The notes under the pieces: model-generated
Told to the model about the DNA's origin: nothing
The model's database searches: none
What the model saw: the letters and a program-made list of their open reading frames with translations, nothing else
From: Myxococcota bacterium
Lineage (GTDB): Bacteria > Myxococcota_A > UBA796 > SXON01
Direction of reading: 5' to 3'
Length of the DNA: 64,000 nt
Assembly: GCA_040386535.1 (NCBI GenBank)
Contig: JAZKFH010000015.1
Location: forward strand, 1-64,000
Shown here: piece by piece, positions 28,573 to 37,990 of the stretch
Layout of the letters: each line of letters opens with the position of its first letter
How positions within the stretch are numbered: position 1 is the stretch's first letter
Position numbers and translations under genes: made by a program

Positions 28573-30963
28573 ATGCTCGTCTTCCTCCTCTCCGCGTGCA
28601 CGGCTCCCGAGCAGGCACCCGCGGCCCGGCTGGACGACGCGTTCGCCGCCGCCGCCGAAACCTACGACGTGCCCGTCGAGGTCTTGATCGCCGTCTCGCA
28701 CGAGGTGAGCCGCTTCGATCAGCGCGGCGGGGAGCCCAACCGCGAGCGCGGCGTGGGCGTGATGAACCTGCGCGAGGCGGGGGCATTCCCCTCGCTCTCC
28801 GTCGCCGCCGCGCTCTCCGGAGCGTCGGAGGAGGCGCTGCGGGTGTCCGCCGCCGCGAGCATCATCGGCGCGGCCGCATTGTTGCGCGCGGAGGCCGACG
28901 CCGCCGCCGATGCACACGGCGGTGCACACGCCGAGGGCTCGCTCGAGGCCTTCTACCCAGTGGTCGCGGCCTACTCCGGCGCGCCCGACCCCGTGGTGGC
29001 CGAGGACTTCGCCGCGCGTGTCTACGACACGATCCAGTGGGGCCTCGCGGCGCAGGCGCCCACCGGCGAGACACTCGTCATCGACCCGACCGCTCTGCCG
29101 TGGCGGAGCGACCGGGTGGTGGTGATGGGGTCGGGGCTCATCGACCAGTCCGCGCCCGCGTGCGGCTCGAACTACTCCAGCGCGAGCCGCGGCGCCGGGG
29201 ACGCCCGCTACGTGGTCATCCACACCACCCAGGGCTCGTACAGCGGCACGATCTCCTGGTTCCAGAACTGCTCGTCGTCGGTGACAGCCCACTACACCGT
29301 GCGCTCCAGCGACGGGCACATCACCCAGTCGGTCGACGAGTCGGACGTGGCCTGGCACGCGGGCAACTCGACCTACAATTGGGCCAGCGTCGGCATCGAG
29401 CACGAGGGCTACGTGGACGCGCCCGAGCGTTGGTACACGGAGGAGTTGTACCGCGCCTCGGCGGCGCTCACGGCCGACATCTGCGACCGGCACGGCATCC
29501 CCAAGGATCGCGACCACATCATTGGTCACAACGAGGTGCCCGGCGCCACCCACACCGATCCCGGCTCGGGGTGGGACTGGGATTATTACATCTGCCTCGT
29601 CAACGGATCCTCGGGCGGCTCGGACGGCGGGGGCATGCAAACCTGCTACGCGGACGACGACGGGGATGGGTACGGAGACTCCTCCCAACAGATCACCTCG
29701 TGCGGTGGCTGCCCGTCCGGCTACACCGACGACGACGGGGATTGTGACGACAAAGACGCGGGCGTCCACCCCGGCGCGATGGAGCTGTGTGACGCGCTCG
29801 ACAATGACTGCCAGGGCGGCGTGGACGAGGACTACGACCGCGACGCCGACGGCTACCGTACGTGCGACGGCGACTGTGACGACGACGTGCCCGCGCTGCA
29901 CCCCGGCGCCGCCGAGGTGGTGGACGGCGTGGACAACGACTGCGACTGGGTCGTGGACGAACAGAGCGCCGTGTACGACGACGATCGGGACGGATGGTCG
30001 GAGGCGGCCGGCGACTGCGACGACGGCGACGCCTTCGCCTTCCCCGGCGCGCCCGAGATGCCCGACGGCCAGGACGACGACTGCGACGGCGAGACGGACG
30101 AGGGCACCACGGCGCCCCACCACGACGGCGACGAGGGGACCGCGGCGTTCGATGACGACGGCGACTCCTTCTCCGAGGACGCCGGAGACTGCAACGACGC
30201 CAACCGGCTGGCCTGGCCGCGCGCGCCGGAGCTGGCCGACGGGGTGGACAACGACTGCAACGGAGTGGTGGACGACCGCACCGTGCGTTTCGACGACGAC
30301 GGTGATGGGTGGACCGAGGCGGACGGGGACTGCGACGACGCGGCGCCGGGGGTCTTCCCCAATGCCCAGGAGGTCGCGGACGGCGTGGATCAGGACTGCG
30401 ACTGGCGGGCCGACAACGGCACCCCCCGCTTCGACGACGACCATGACGGCTGGGCCGAGGAGGACGGCGACTGCGACGACGCCGCCCCGGGCACCTTCCC
30501 GGGGGCACCCGAGCGCGCGGACGACGCCGACAACGATTGCAACGGGGTGCGAGACGACCACACCGTCGCCATGGACGACGACGGCGACGGCTTCGCCGAG
30601 CAGGACGGCGACTGCGACGATCTGCGCGCGGCCGTGTTCCCCGGGGCCACCGAGGCCCGCGACGGCTTCGACAACGACTGCGACGGGCTGGTGGACGACG
30701 AGACCGTGGCCTTCGACGACGACGGGGACGGCTGGACCGAGGAGGACGGGGACTGCGACGACGGCAACGCCCACACCCGACCGGGCGCCGAGGAGCGGAT
30801 GGACGGGTTGGACGGGAACTGCGACGGCGTGGCCGAGCGCCCCGAGGGGTGGCTCGCGGCCAGCTGTGCAGCGGCCCCTACGACAGGCTCGTGGGCCCCG
30901 CTGGCAGCGCTCGCGGCGGTCCTGGCGGTACGGCGCAGGTCGCGGACGGCCGCTCGGAGCTAA
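28573..30963 (+). CDS. N-acetylmuramoyl-L-alanine amidase (Amidase_2) with lysozyme/SLT-like N-domain, 8 metal-binding (MopE-like) repeats and MYXO-CTERM-like tail
   Basis: VVIHTT, AHY, AWHAGN, SVGIEHEG, IIGHNE, HTDPG; eight GDC.D....PGA.E..DG.D..C units; C-terminal SC...hydrophobic...RRR. Confidence 0.9.
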   Translation: MLVFLLSACTAPEQAPAARLDDAFAAAAETYDVPVEVLIAVSHEVSRFDQRGGEPNRERGVGVMNLREAGAFPSLSVAAALSGASEEALRVSAAASIIGAAALLRAEADAAADAHGGAHAEGSLEAFYPVVAAYSGAPDPVVAEDFAARVYDTIQWGLAAQAPTGETLVIDPTALPWRSDRVVVMGSGLIDQSAPACGSNYSSASRGAGDARYVVIHTTQGSYSGTISWFQNCSSSVTAHYTVRSSDGHITQSVDESDVAWHAGNSTYNWASVGIEHEGYVDAPERWYTEELYRASAALTADICDRHGIPKDRDHIIGHNEVPGATHTDPGSGWDWDYYICLVNGSSGGSDGGGMQTCYADDDGDGYGDSSQQITSCGGCPSGYTDDDGDCDDKDAGVHPGAMELCDALDNDCQGGVDEDYDRDADGYRTCDGDCDDDVPALHPGAAEVVDGVDNDCDWVVDEQSAVYDDDRDGWSEAAGDCDDGDAFAFPGAPEMPDGQDDDCDGETDEGTTAPHHDGDEGTAAFDDDGDSFSEDAGDCNDANRLAWPRAPELADGVDNDCNGVVDDRTVRFDDDGDGWTEADGDCDDAAPGVFPNAQEVADGVDQDCDWRADNGTPRFDDDHDGWAEEDGDCDDAAPGTFPGAPERADDADNDCNGVRDDHTVAMDDDGDGFAEQDGDCDDLRAAVFPGATEARDGFDNDCDGLVDDETVAFDDDGDGWTEEDGDCDDGNAHTRPGAEERMDGLDGNCDGVAERPEGWLAASCAAAPTTGSWAPLAALAAVLAVRRRSRTAARS

Positions 30964-31961
30964 CGGCCGCGCCGCCGCCGCGCGAGACCGAGCGCGAGGA
31001 GCACGCCGAGGCCTGTCACCGGCCCGGCGCCGCCGTCACATCCGCAATCGTCCGTCTTGATGGTCACGGGGTCGTCCACGCCGGGCGCGTCGGTGTCCGC
31101 ATCGGTGTCGGTGTCCGTATCGGTGTCGGAATCCGTATCGGTGTCCGTGTCCGTATCGGTGTCCGCGTCCCCCTCCTCGTCGCACGCGTCGCCGAGGCCG
31201 TCACCATCGGCGTCCTCCTGCGTGGAGTTGGGCGCGAACTCGCAGTTGTCCTTGTCGTCGATGACGTCGTCATCATCGTCGTCCATCGCGGAGAGCACCG
31301 GCTCGGTGAAGCCGATCGACGAGGCGCCGGTCTCGCCGGTGCCGGCGTCGTAGGCCCAGAAGCCGACGGAGCCCATTGCGGGGAAGGTGGTGTCCTCGGC
31401 CTCCAGCGAGATGCGTTGGGCGGCGTAGGTGGCCGTGATCAGGCCGTCGTTGATGCCGAACGTCAAGTCGCCGGTGACGCCCTGCTCGAATGACGCCGGG
31501 GTCTCGTCGAGCACGGTGACAACGCCGTTCGAGATGCGCAGGATCGCGCTGCCGACCCCGCCGGCGAGCGTGACGGGGCAGAGGGGATCCTCGCCGTCCA
31601 CCGCGCCGCAGAGGACGAACAGGTAGTAGTCCTCCTGGCCCTCCTGCCCGATGACGAGGCCGATCGCGTCGTCATCGCCGGCGTAGAAGGTGGCGGTGAA
31701 GAGGCCGTCGCCCACGGCCTCGGCGGGGTTGGTGAGGAAGTTGTCGAGCGCCTCGCCGCTGCCCCAGGTGCCGCCCCAGTCGTCCGTGTACGAGAAGGCC
31801 CAGCTGCTGCCGGCCCCGTCGCGGTAGCCGTACCAGGGGTCGGCCTCGTAGCCGGTCACCCAGCCGCCGGTCCCGGCGATCCACTCGTTCTGGGGGAAGC
31901 GCGGGTAGTCCCACACTTCGACGGTGCCGGCCAGGACGACGGTGGAGAGGAGAAGGAACAC
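30960..31961 (-). CDS. Surface protein with thrombospondin C-terminal-like lectin fold, TSP3 repeat, DT linker and MYXO-CTERM-like tail
   Basis: GGAGG RBS before GTG 31961; DDDAIGLV, DNCEFAPNSTQEDADGDGLGDACD, CGCDG...LLALGLARRRRGR. Confidence 0.8.
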   Translation of the reverse strand: MFLLLSTVVLAGTVEVWDYPRFPQNEWIAGTGGWVTGYEADPWYGYRDGAGSSWAFSYTDDWGGTWGSGEALDNFLTNPAEAVGDGLFTATFYAGDDDAIGLVIGQEGQEDYYLFVLCGAVDGEDPLCPVTLAGGVGSAILRISNGVVTVLDETPASFEQGVTGDLTFGINDGLITATYAAQRISLEAEDTTFPAMGSVGFWAYDAGTGETGASSIGFTEPVLSAMDDDDDDVIDDKDNCEFAPNSTQEDADGDGLGDACDEEGDADTDTDTDTDTDSDTDTDTDTDADTDAPGVDDPVTIKTDDCGCDGGAGPVTGLGVLLALGLARRRRGR

Positions 31962-32042
31962 GAGACCTCCGCGCGGGTTGCCACCTAGTGCACCCAAAGG
32001 CGCGGCCTCGTCAATCGGAATCGCGGGGGTGTGCGCCCGTCG

Positions 32043-33704
32043 TCATCGCCGCACCCCCTCGACCGGCCCCGCCACGCCGCAGCGCTCCGCGATTTCGTCC
32101 GCGTACAGGGCGTAGCCGTAGGGGCCGAGGTCGGGGACGACCAGCCCGTCGGACGCGTGGATCCCGCGCAAGTCGTCCGTCAGGGCGCGGAACGCCCCGC
32201 GCGCGTCCACCCGCACCTCGCCGACCGATGTGTCGGCGAGGTTCGCCAGCACGAGCACCCGGCCGTCCGGGGTGGACCGCGCATAGGCCAACACGGAGGG
32301 CCGATCGGTGGCGACGGGCTCCCAGGCCGCGCCGTCCAAGGCGTCGCGCACACACGCGAGGTCGCGCACGAGCGTCAGCAGGCTGGTGGGATCGGCCTCG
32401 GCGGCGGCGACGTTCTTGCCGGTGATGTAGCCGTAGTCCGGGTAGTACCAGGGGACCCCGGTGGTGAAGCCGGCGTTCGGGGAGTCGTCCCACGGCATCG
32501 GGGCGCGCTGCGCGTAGTCCGGGCCGGTGCCCGAGGAGTCGTCGGCGAGGTCCAGCTCCTCGCCGTAGTAGAGCACTGGGTCGCCGGGGAGGGTGAGCTG
32601 GAGCACCTGGAGCATCCGGCGCGCCGCCGCGCTCGGCACCGCCGCAGGCAGCCGCGCGAGGTCGTGGGACGAGAGGAACGGCGCCGTGCGGCCGAGGGCG
32701 CCCGCGTCGGCCTGGTCGTGGAGCACCGCGAGCAGCGGCTCGGGCACGCCCGCCGCCAGCGCCGCGAGGAGCGCGGGCCGCCGGGGGAAGTCGAGCACGC
32801 GGTCGCTCTCCGGCGCGTCGTCACTGCCGAGGTAGCTCGCGTTCACGGACACCTCCTCCTCGGACGCTTCGGCGAGCATCAGCGCGGTGGGCTTCTGCGC
32901 GCGGGCGAGCGCGTAGATGTCGGCGAGCAACGAGTGGGTCGCGACGGTCCCGGTGATGCCGGTCGCGTCCTCGACGAGCGTGGTCACGGCGTCGAGGCGG
33001 TAGCCGTCGACACCCGCGTCGAGCCAGCGCTCGAGCACCTCGAACATGCGGTCCTGCACCTCCGGGTTGGTCCAGTCGAGATCCGGGAGCTCCGCGCCGA
33101 AGAAGCCATAGTAGAAACCGCCGCCCGTGGCGGGGAACCATCGGTACGTGTCCCACTGGGTGTCGGCGAAGAGGAACAGGTCGCGCGCGGGGCCCTCGCC
33201 GGCCTCGGCCGGCTGGAACCAGGGGTGGGTGCGCGCCACGTGGTTGAACGGCAGGTCGACCAGGACGCGGATGCCGCGCGCGTGCGCGTCGTGGATCAGC
33301 GCCTCGAGCATGTCCAGATCGCCGTTCTCGGGCCTGAGCACCTTGAAGTCGGTCACGTCGTAGCCGGCGGGGCCGACGCTGGGGAACAGCGGCATGAGCC
33401 AGACCGTGCGCACGCCCATGGCTTCGAGGTGATCGAGGCGCAGGCGGACGCCCTCGAGGTCCCCGATCCCGTCCCCGTCGGAGTCCTGGAACGACCGCAC
33501 GTAGATCTCGTAGGTCAGGCCGAGCTCGCCGCGGGGCAGGCACGGCACGTCCTCGGGGCCGGCGGACGACGGGGACGCGTCGGCGGACGTTTCGGCCGAC
33601 GCGACGACACACGTGCGGGTCAGGGCGTCGGAGGTGGAGGCGGGGTCCGTACACGCGGAGAGCAGGGCGGCCGCGAGGGGCAGGAATCGGGCGAGGGAGG
33701 GCAA
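32043..33704 (-). CDS. GH13 alpha-amylase family lipoprotein
   Basis: LLSAC lipobox; YEIYVRSFQDSDGDGIGDL, DLPFNH, DGYRLDAV, LAE, SSHD, YYGEE. Confidence 0.92.
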   Translation of the reverse strand: MPSLARFLPLAAALLSACTDPASTSDALTRTCVVASAETSADASPSSAGPEDVPCLPRGELGLTYEIYVRSFQDSDGDGIGDLEGVRLRLDHLEAMGVRTVWLMPLFPSVGPAGYDVTDFKVLRPENGDLDMLEALIHDAHARGIRVLVDLPFNHVARTHPWFQPAEAGEGPARDLFLFADTQWDTYRWFPATGGGFYYGFFGAELPDLDWTNPEVQDRMFEVLERWLDAGVDGYRLDAVTTLVEDATGITGTVATHSLLADIYALARAQKPTALMLAEASEEEVSVNASYLGSDDAPESDRVLDFPRRPALLAALAAGVPEPLLAVLHDQADAGALGRTAPFLSSHDLARLPAAVPSAAARRMLQVLQLTLPGDPVLYYGEELDLADDSSGTGPDYAQRAPMPWDDSPNAGFTTGVPWYYPDYGYITGKNVAAAEADPTSLLTLVRDLACVRDALDGAAWEPVATDRPSVLAYARSTPDGRVLVLANLADTSVGEVRVDARGAFRALTDDLRGIHASDGLVVPDLGPYGYALYADEIAERCGVAGPVEGVRR

Positions 33705-33773
33705 CGGGCACCAGGGAGGCCCCGGCCCTCCTCAAGAAGCGCGCCGCCTTTCGGCTCGGCGTGAGGCAAGCAA

Positions 33774-33786
33774 AATCAATACATTG
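33774..33786 (+). promoter_or_regulatory. IHF-type binding site
   Basis: AATCAATACATTG matches WATCAANNNNTTR exactly in an AT-rich patch of a divergent intergenic region. Confidence 0.45.
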
Positions 33787-33810
33787 GACCGTCGCAGGTG
33801 GCGGGCCGAC

Positions 33811-33848
33811 CGACGGACGTCCGTCAGGGCCGACGGACGTCCGTCAGG
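33811..33848. repeat. Tandem copies of the perfect 14-bp palindrome GACGGACGTCCGTC (20-bp period)
   Basis: Palindromes at 33812-33825 and 33832-33845. Confidence 0.85.
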
Positions 33849-33889
33849 CAGCGAGCGTCAAGCGCGACACGCGAAGATAGGGGGCGGCG

Positions 33890-34135
33890 ATGCGGTTCAT
33901 CACCCCCGTCCTCTTCGCCGCGGCCGCCGTCTACGTGGGCTGGCAGAACGGCCAGCACACCGACCGCGCGCTCGTGCTCCCGTTCCTGGACGTGATCGCG
34001 CCCGGCACCGCGGGCAACATCGCCGCCCAGGGCGCCCTCACGGTCCAGATCCTCTTCGGGTTGGCCGTGGTGTTCGGACTCTGGGAGCTCTTCCGGATGA
34101 TGCGCGACCGCCAGTCGGACGACAGCTCCCGGTAG
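33890..34135 (+). CDS. Small 2-TM membrane protein
   Basis: 81 aa, two hydrophobic helices, GGGGG RBS-like sequence, typical codon bias. Confidence 0.75.
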   Translation: MRFITPVLFAAAAVYVGWQNGQHTDRALVLPFLDVIAPGTAGNIAAQGALTVQILFGLAVVFGLWELFRMMRDRQSDDSSR

Positions 34136-34138
34136 AAG

Positions 34139-34702
34139 CTACAGCCCCGCGAGCAGCGTCGGGAGAAAGGCCATCGCCGCGCCGCGGTGGCTGATGGCGT
34201 CCTTCTCCTCGGGGGCGAGCTCGGCCATCGCGCGGAGGCTCCCGACCGGGACGAACAGGGGGTCGTAGCCGAACCCGCCACCGCCGCTCGGCGCCAGTGC
34301 GATGGCGCCCTCACACGCGCCCGCCGCGGTGCGCTCGATGCCGGGGCCCACGAGCGCGAGCACGCAGCGGAAGCGTGCGGTACGGTCGGTCCGCGCGCCG
34401 AGCTCGGCCAGGAGCTTGGTGTTGTTCGCGGCGTCCGTGCCCTCGGCGCTGTAGCGCTTGCTCCACACGCCGGGGCGGCCGCCCAGCGCGTCGACCTCGA
34501 GCCCGGAGTCGTCGGCGAGCGCGAGCTGACCGGTGTGCTCGAAGACGAAGCGCGCCTTCTGCAGCGCGTTCGCGACGAACGTGTCCCCGGTCTCCGGCGG
34601 ATCGGGGAGCTCGTCCGGCATCACCACCCACTCGACGTGGGGGGCGATGCGGCGCATCTCCACGATCTTGTGGGCGTTCCGGCTGGCGAGGACGATCCTC
34701 AC
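34139..34702 (-). CDS. rdgB: Non-canonical purine NTP pyrophosphatase (Ham1/RdgB)
   Basis: ASRNAHK, ETGDTFVANALQKA, ADDSGL, PGVWS, GFGYDPLF, ISHRG; GTG overlaps the cysS stop. Confidence 0.95.
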   Translation of the reverse strand: MRIVLASRNAHKIVEMRRIAPHVEWVVMPDELPDPPETGDTFVANALQKARFVFEHTGQLALADDSGLEVDALGGRPGVWSKRYSAEGTDAANNTKLLAELGARTDRTARFRCVLALVGPGIERTAAGACEGAIALAPSGGGGFGYDPLFVPVGSLRAMAELAPEEKDAISHRGAAMAFLPTLLAGL

Positions 34703-36189
34703 TCGACGCGCATCCGCCACGTGGAGCCGGTGGGGTTGTCCATCACCACGATGCCCTCGTTGTCGAGCTCGGCGCGGAGGCGGTCGGCCTCGGCCCAGTC
34801 CTTCGCGGCGCGGGCGGCCGCGCGGGCGGCGATGAGCGCCTCGACGGTGTCGGGCGACTTGCCGGCGGCGGCAAGGCGCTTCTGCTTGACCTCGTCGAAG
34901 AAGGCCTGCGGCTCCATCGCGGCGATGCCGAGCACGTCGGCCGCGAGGGCGAACGCCGTGAGGACGGGCGCCATCACGAGCGCGCCCTTGGCCCGCGCCT
35001 TCTTGTCGTTGCCGAAGCGGTTGACCGCGCGGACGAGGTCGAACAGGTGGGCGATGGCCTCGGACGTGTTGAAGTCGTCGTCCATCGTGGCGTCGAACTG
35101 CGCGGGGAAGGCGATGGCGAGGGCGTAGAGCTCCTGCCCGGCGTCCCCCACCTCCGCGATCGGCGTGGCGGTGCCCTTGGCGGCGATCTCGATCGCCGCC
35201 TCCTTGGCGCTGTAGATGCGGTCGAGCGCCCCGAGCGCGCGCACCAGCCCCTCGGTCGAGTAGGGGAGCGGCGAGCGGTAGTGGGTCTCTCCGAACAACA
35301 GGCGGAGGGCCTCGCCGGGGACCTCGCGCAGGATGTCGCGGATGCGCACGATGTTCCCGAGCGACTTCGACATCTTCTCTTTGTCGAGCGTCAGGTGGCC
35401 GTTGTGCATCCAGTAGCGGGCGTAGGGGCCGTGGCCCGTGGCGCACTCGGACTGGGCGATCTCGTTCTCGTGGTGCGGGAACACCAGATCGATGCCGCCG
35501 CCGTGGATGTCGAACGTGTCGCCCAGGTAGTGCCGCGCCATGGCGGAGCACTCGATGTGCCAGCCCGGGCGGCCCTTGCCCCACGCGCTGTCCCAGCCCG
35601 GCTCGGCGGGATCGCCGGAGGCGGCCTTCCAGAGCGCGAAGTCACCGGGGTGGCGCTTGCTGGTCTCGACGGCGACACGCTCGCCGGCGCGCTGGTCGTC
35701 GAGCTTCTTGCCCGAGAGGTGCCCGTACGCGGGGTAGCTCTCGACGGCGAAGTACACGTCCCCGTTGTCGGCCTTGTAGGCGTGCCCCTTCTCGACGAGG
35801 CTGCCGATGAGGGCGAGGATGTCGGGGATGTGCTCGCTGACCTTCGGCGTACGCGTCGGCGTGACGAGGCCGAGGGCGGCGAGGTCCTCCTCGAGCGCGT
35901 TCACGAAGAACGCGGAGAGCGCGAGGGGATCGGTGCCGCGCTCCTTGGCGCGGGCGATGATCTTGTCGTCGACGTCCGTGTGGTTGCGGACGAAGTTGAC
36001 CTCGTACCCCCGGTGGGTGAGGTGCCGGACGACGAAATCGAACGCCAACATCGCGCGGGCATGCCCGATGTGGCAGAAGTCGTAGACGGTCATCCCGCAG
36101 ACGTAGAGGCCGACCTTGCCCGGTTCGCGGGTTTCGAGCGGCTCGATCGTGCGGTGAAGCGTATTGTAGAGGCGGATCGGTGCGGGCAT
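34699..36189 (-). CDS. cysS: Cysteine--tRNA ligase
   Basis: [52 protein letters not shown]. Confidence 0.98.
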   Translation of the reverse strand: MPAPIRLYNTLHRTIEPLETREPGKVGLYVCGMTVYDFCHIGHARAMLAFDFVVRHLTHRGYEVNFVRNHTDVDDKIIARAKERGTDPLALSAFFVNALEEDLAALGLVTPTRTPKVSEHIPDILALIGSLVEKGHAYKADNGDVYFAVESYPAYGHLSGKKLDDQRAGERVAVETSKRHPGDFALWKAASGDPAEPGWDSAWGKGRPGWHIECSAMARHYLGDTFDIHGGGIDLVFPHHENEIAQSECATGHGPYARYWMHNGHLTLDKEKMSKSLGNIVRIRDILREVPGEALRLLFGETHYRSPLPYSTEGLVRALGALDRIYSAKEAAIEIAAKGTATPIAEVGDAGQELYALAIAFPAQFDATMDDDFNTSEAIAHLFDLVRAVNRFGNDKKARAKGALVMAPVLTAFALAADVLGIAAMEPQAFFDEVKQKRLAAAGKSPDTVEALIAARAAARAAKDWAEADRLRAELDNEGIVVMDNPTGSTWRMRVE

Positions 36190-36229
36190 GGGGCGCCGTC
36201 TATCCGCGCGGGCCGCTGCCCGCGACGCT

Positions 36230-36724
36230 CTACTCTGCCTTGAGCGCGAAGAGCGCGTCGATCTCTTCTCCGACGAGCTTCTCGTCGGTGTCCTTGGCGA
36301 CCGAGATCTCCTGCACGAGCAGGCTGCGGGCCTGGTCGAACATCTTGCGCTCGCCGAAGGAGAGGGCCTTCTCGCTCTTGAGGAGCGCGAGATCGCGGAG
36401 GACCTTCGCCACTTCGAGCGGATCGCCGGTCTTGATCTTGCTCATGTAGTCGCGGTAGCGGCGGTTCCACGTCTGGTTGTCCGTGGGAACGTCGCGATCA
36501 CGGAGGATCTCGTAGACCTTGTCGACGTGCTCGCGCGAGATCACGCCGCGCATGCCGATCGAGCGGGCGTTCTGCACAGGCACCCGGATCGTCATCCCGT
36601 TGTCGAGGATCTTCAGGACGTAGACAGTGACTTTTTCACCGTCCATCTCCTGTGTCACCACGTCTCGGATGATCCCCACGCCATGAGCAGGGTAGACCGC
36701 CTTGTCGCCGACATTGAACTCCAT
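36230..36724 (-). CDS. cdnL: CarD/CdnL RNA-polymerase-binding transcription factor
   Basis: FNVGDKAVYPAHGVG, WNRRYR, LSFGERKM; 164 aa with no HMGA tail, so CdnL type. Confidence 0.92.
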   Translation of the reverse strand: MEFNVGDKAVYPAHGVGIIRDVVTQEMDGEKVTVYVLKILDNGMTIRVPVQNARSIGMRGVISREHVDKVYEILRDRDVPTDNQTWNRRYRDYMSKIKTGDPLEVAKVLRDLALLKSEKALSFGERKMFDQARSLLVQEISVAKDTDEKLVGEEIDALFALKAE

Positions 36725-36979
36725 ACATCCTCGCTGCGCTCGTCCCGCCCACCGCAGCTCCCTGCCGGCAGAGGGCCGTGGGAGCTTGGGGTCGGACCAA
36801 CCGAGCGGATTCGAAAGAGCCCGCACGGACGCGCTGGGCGATCGAGCGTGGGCCGCTTAACCCGAAGTCGGGACTCCATCCAAGCAAAAGATCCCCCAAT
36901 CGCCGCCTTGCCTCCCGTACGTGCCGCGCGAACGCATTCCAGCGGCGCGCCGGAGCCCTCGCGGCGAGGGTCCCCACGG

Positions 36980-37969
36980 GTGGCGCTCGCGCGTCTCGTG
37001 CTCGTGCCCGTCCTGGGGCGCGCGGCGACCGTCGGGGCGCTGGTGTGGATCGTCGTGGCCGTCGGCGGGCTCGGCCAGGCCCTGCTCACGAGCGCTGTCG
37101 TGCCCGACCCCGACCTGCTGCTCCGGATGGGGGCCGGCGCCCTCGGCGTCGGCGCGGCCGTCGCGGTGCCGCTCGGCGCGCTCGGCGGGGTGGCCGCGGG
37201 CCTCGGGGGGATGGCGGAGGAGCGCGCGTGGCTCGGCCTGCGAACCCTGGGTGTCGGGGGACGGGCGGTCGCGGCGCCGATTGCCCTGTTCCTCGTGGTC
37301 GTGATGGCGACGTGGCTCGCGATCACGCACGCGGTCGAGCCCGGCGCGCGCGCGTGGATTCGGGACGCGCGGATCGCCGCGGCGGTGCGCGTGGTCCCTG
37401 TCGAGGGGCGCGTCGTGCAGCTCGGCGGCTGGGCGGCGGCGGTCGAGGGCGGCGTGCTCCACTTCGCGGGCGGCGAGTGGCTCGGGTTTGCCCGCACCTG
37501 GGAGATCCGGCCCGCGCTCACCGGCGTGGTGGTGGCGCTCGGCTCTGGCGAGGTGCGGAGCACCGACGGCCTGAGTCGCGCCCGCTTCGCGACGCTGGAG
37601 ATGCCCGTCCCGATGACCGGCACCGCCGGGAAGGTGCACGCCGCCGAGCGCACCACGCCGGACCTCCGGCGCCAGCTCACCGTGAGCGCCGCGCTCGGCA
37701 GGGACGCCTACGAGCGCTGGATCTTGTGGAAGCGCACGCTGTTGCCGCTCTGCCTGCTGCCGCTGGGGCTCGCCACGGTGCCGCTCGCGCTCGACCGACG
37801 CTGGCCTGTTCTGGCCATCGTGGGCGCCCAGGTGGTGACGTTGTGGGGCGTGGTGCGCGTGGCCGACCAGTGGGTGGGCGCCGTGGGCCTCCCCGGCGCG
37901 GCGGCGGCCACGTTCGCGGTCGCGCTGGCGTGGTGCGTTCTTGCGTGGCGGGGGTGGGTGGATGCGTAG
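36980..37969 (+). CDS. Divergent LptF/LptG-like permease
   Basis: 3 TM + soluble beta domain + 3 TM layout; E...GLRTLGV motif at the position of the LptF/G coupling helix. Confidence 0.55.
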   Translation: MALARLVLVPVLGRAATVGALVWIVVAVGGLGQALLTSAVVPDPDLLLRMGAGALGVGAAVAVPLGALGGVAAGLGGMAEERAWLGLRTLGVGGRAVAAPIALFLVVVMATWLAITHAVEPGARAWIRDARIAAAVRVVPVEGRVVQLGGWAAAVEGGVLHFAGGEWLGFARTWEIRPALTGVVVALGSGEVRSTDGLSRARFATLEMPVPMTGTAGKVHAAERTTPDLRRQLTVSAALGRDAYERWILWKRTLLPLCLLPLGLATVPLALDRRWPVLAIVGAQVVTLWGVVRVADQWVGAVGLPGAAAATFAVALAWCVLAWRGWVDA

Positions 37970-37990
37970 AACGACCGCGCCGGGGCCCGG

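Noticed and set aside
29700..30840. Regularly spaced ~120-bp repeats
   Set aside because: In-frame protein repeats (metal-binding motif) of the amidase
36883..36898. sigma54-like motif TGGGGGATCTTTTGCT upstream of cdnL
   Set aside because: Spacing is right but the -24 element is poor; insufficient support
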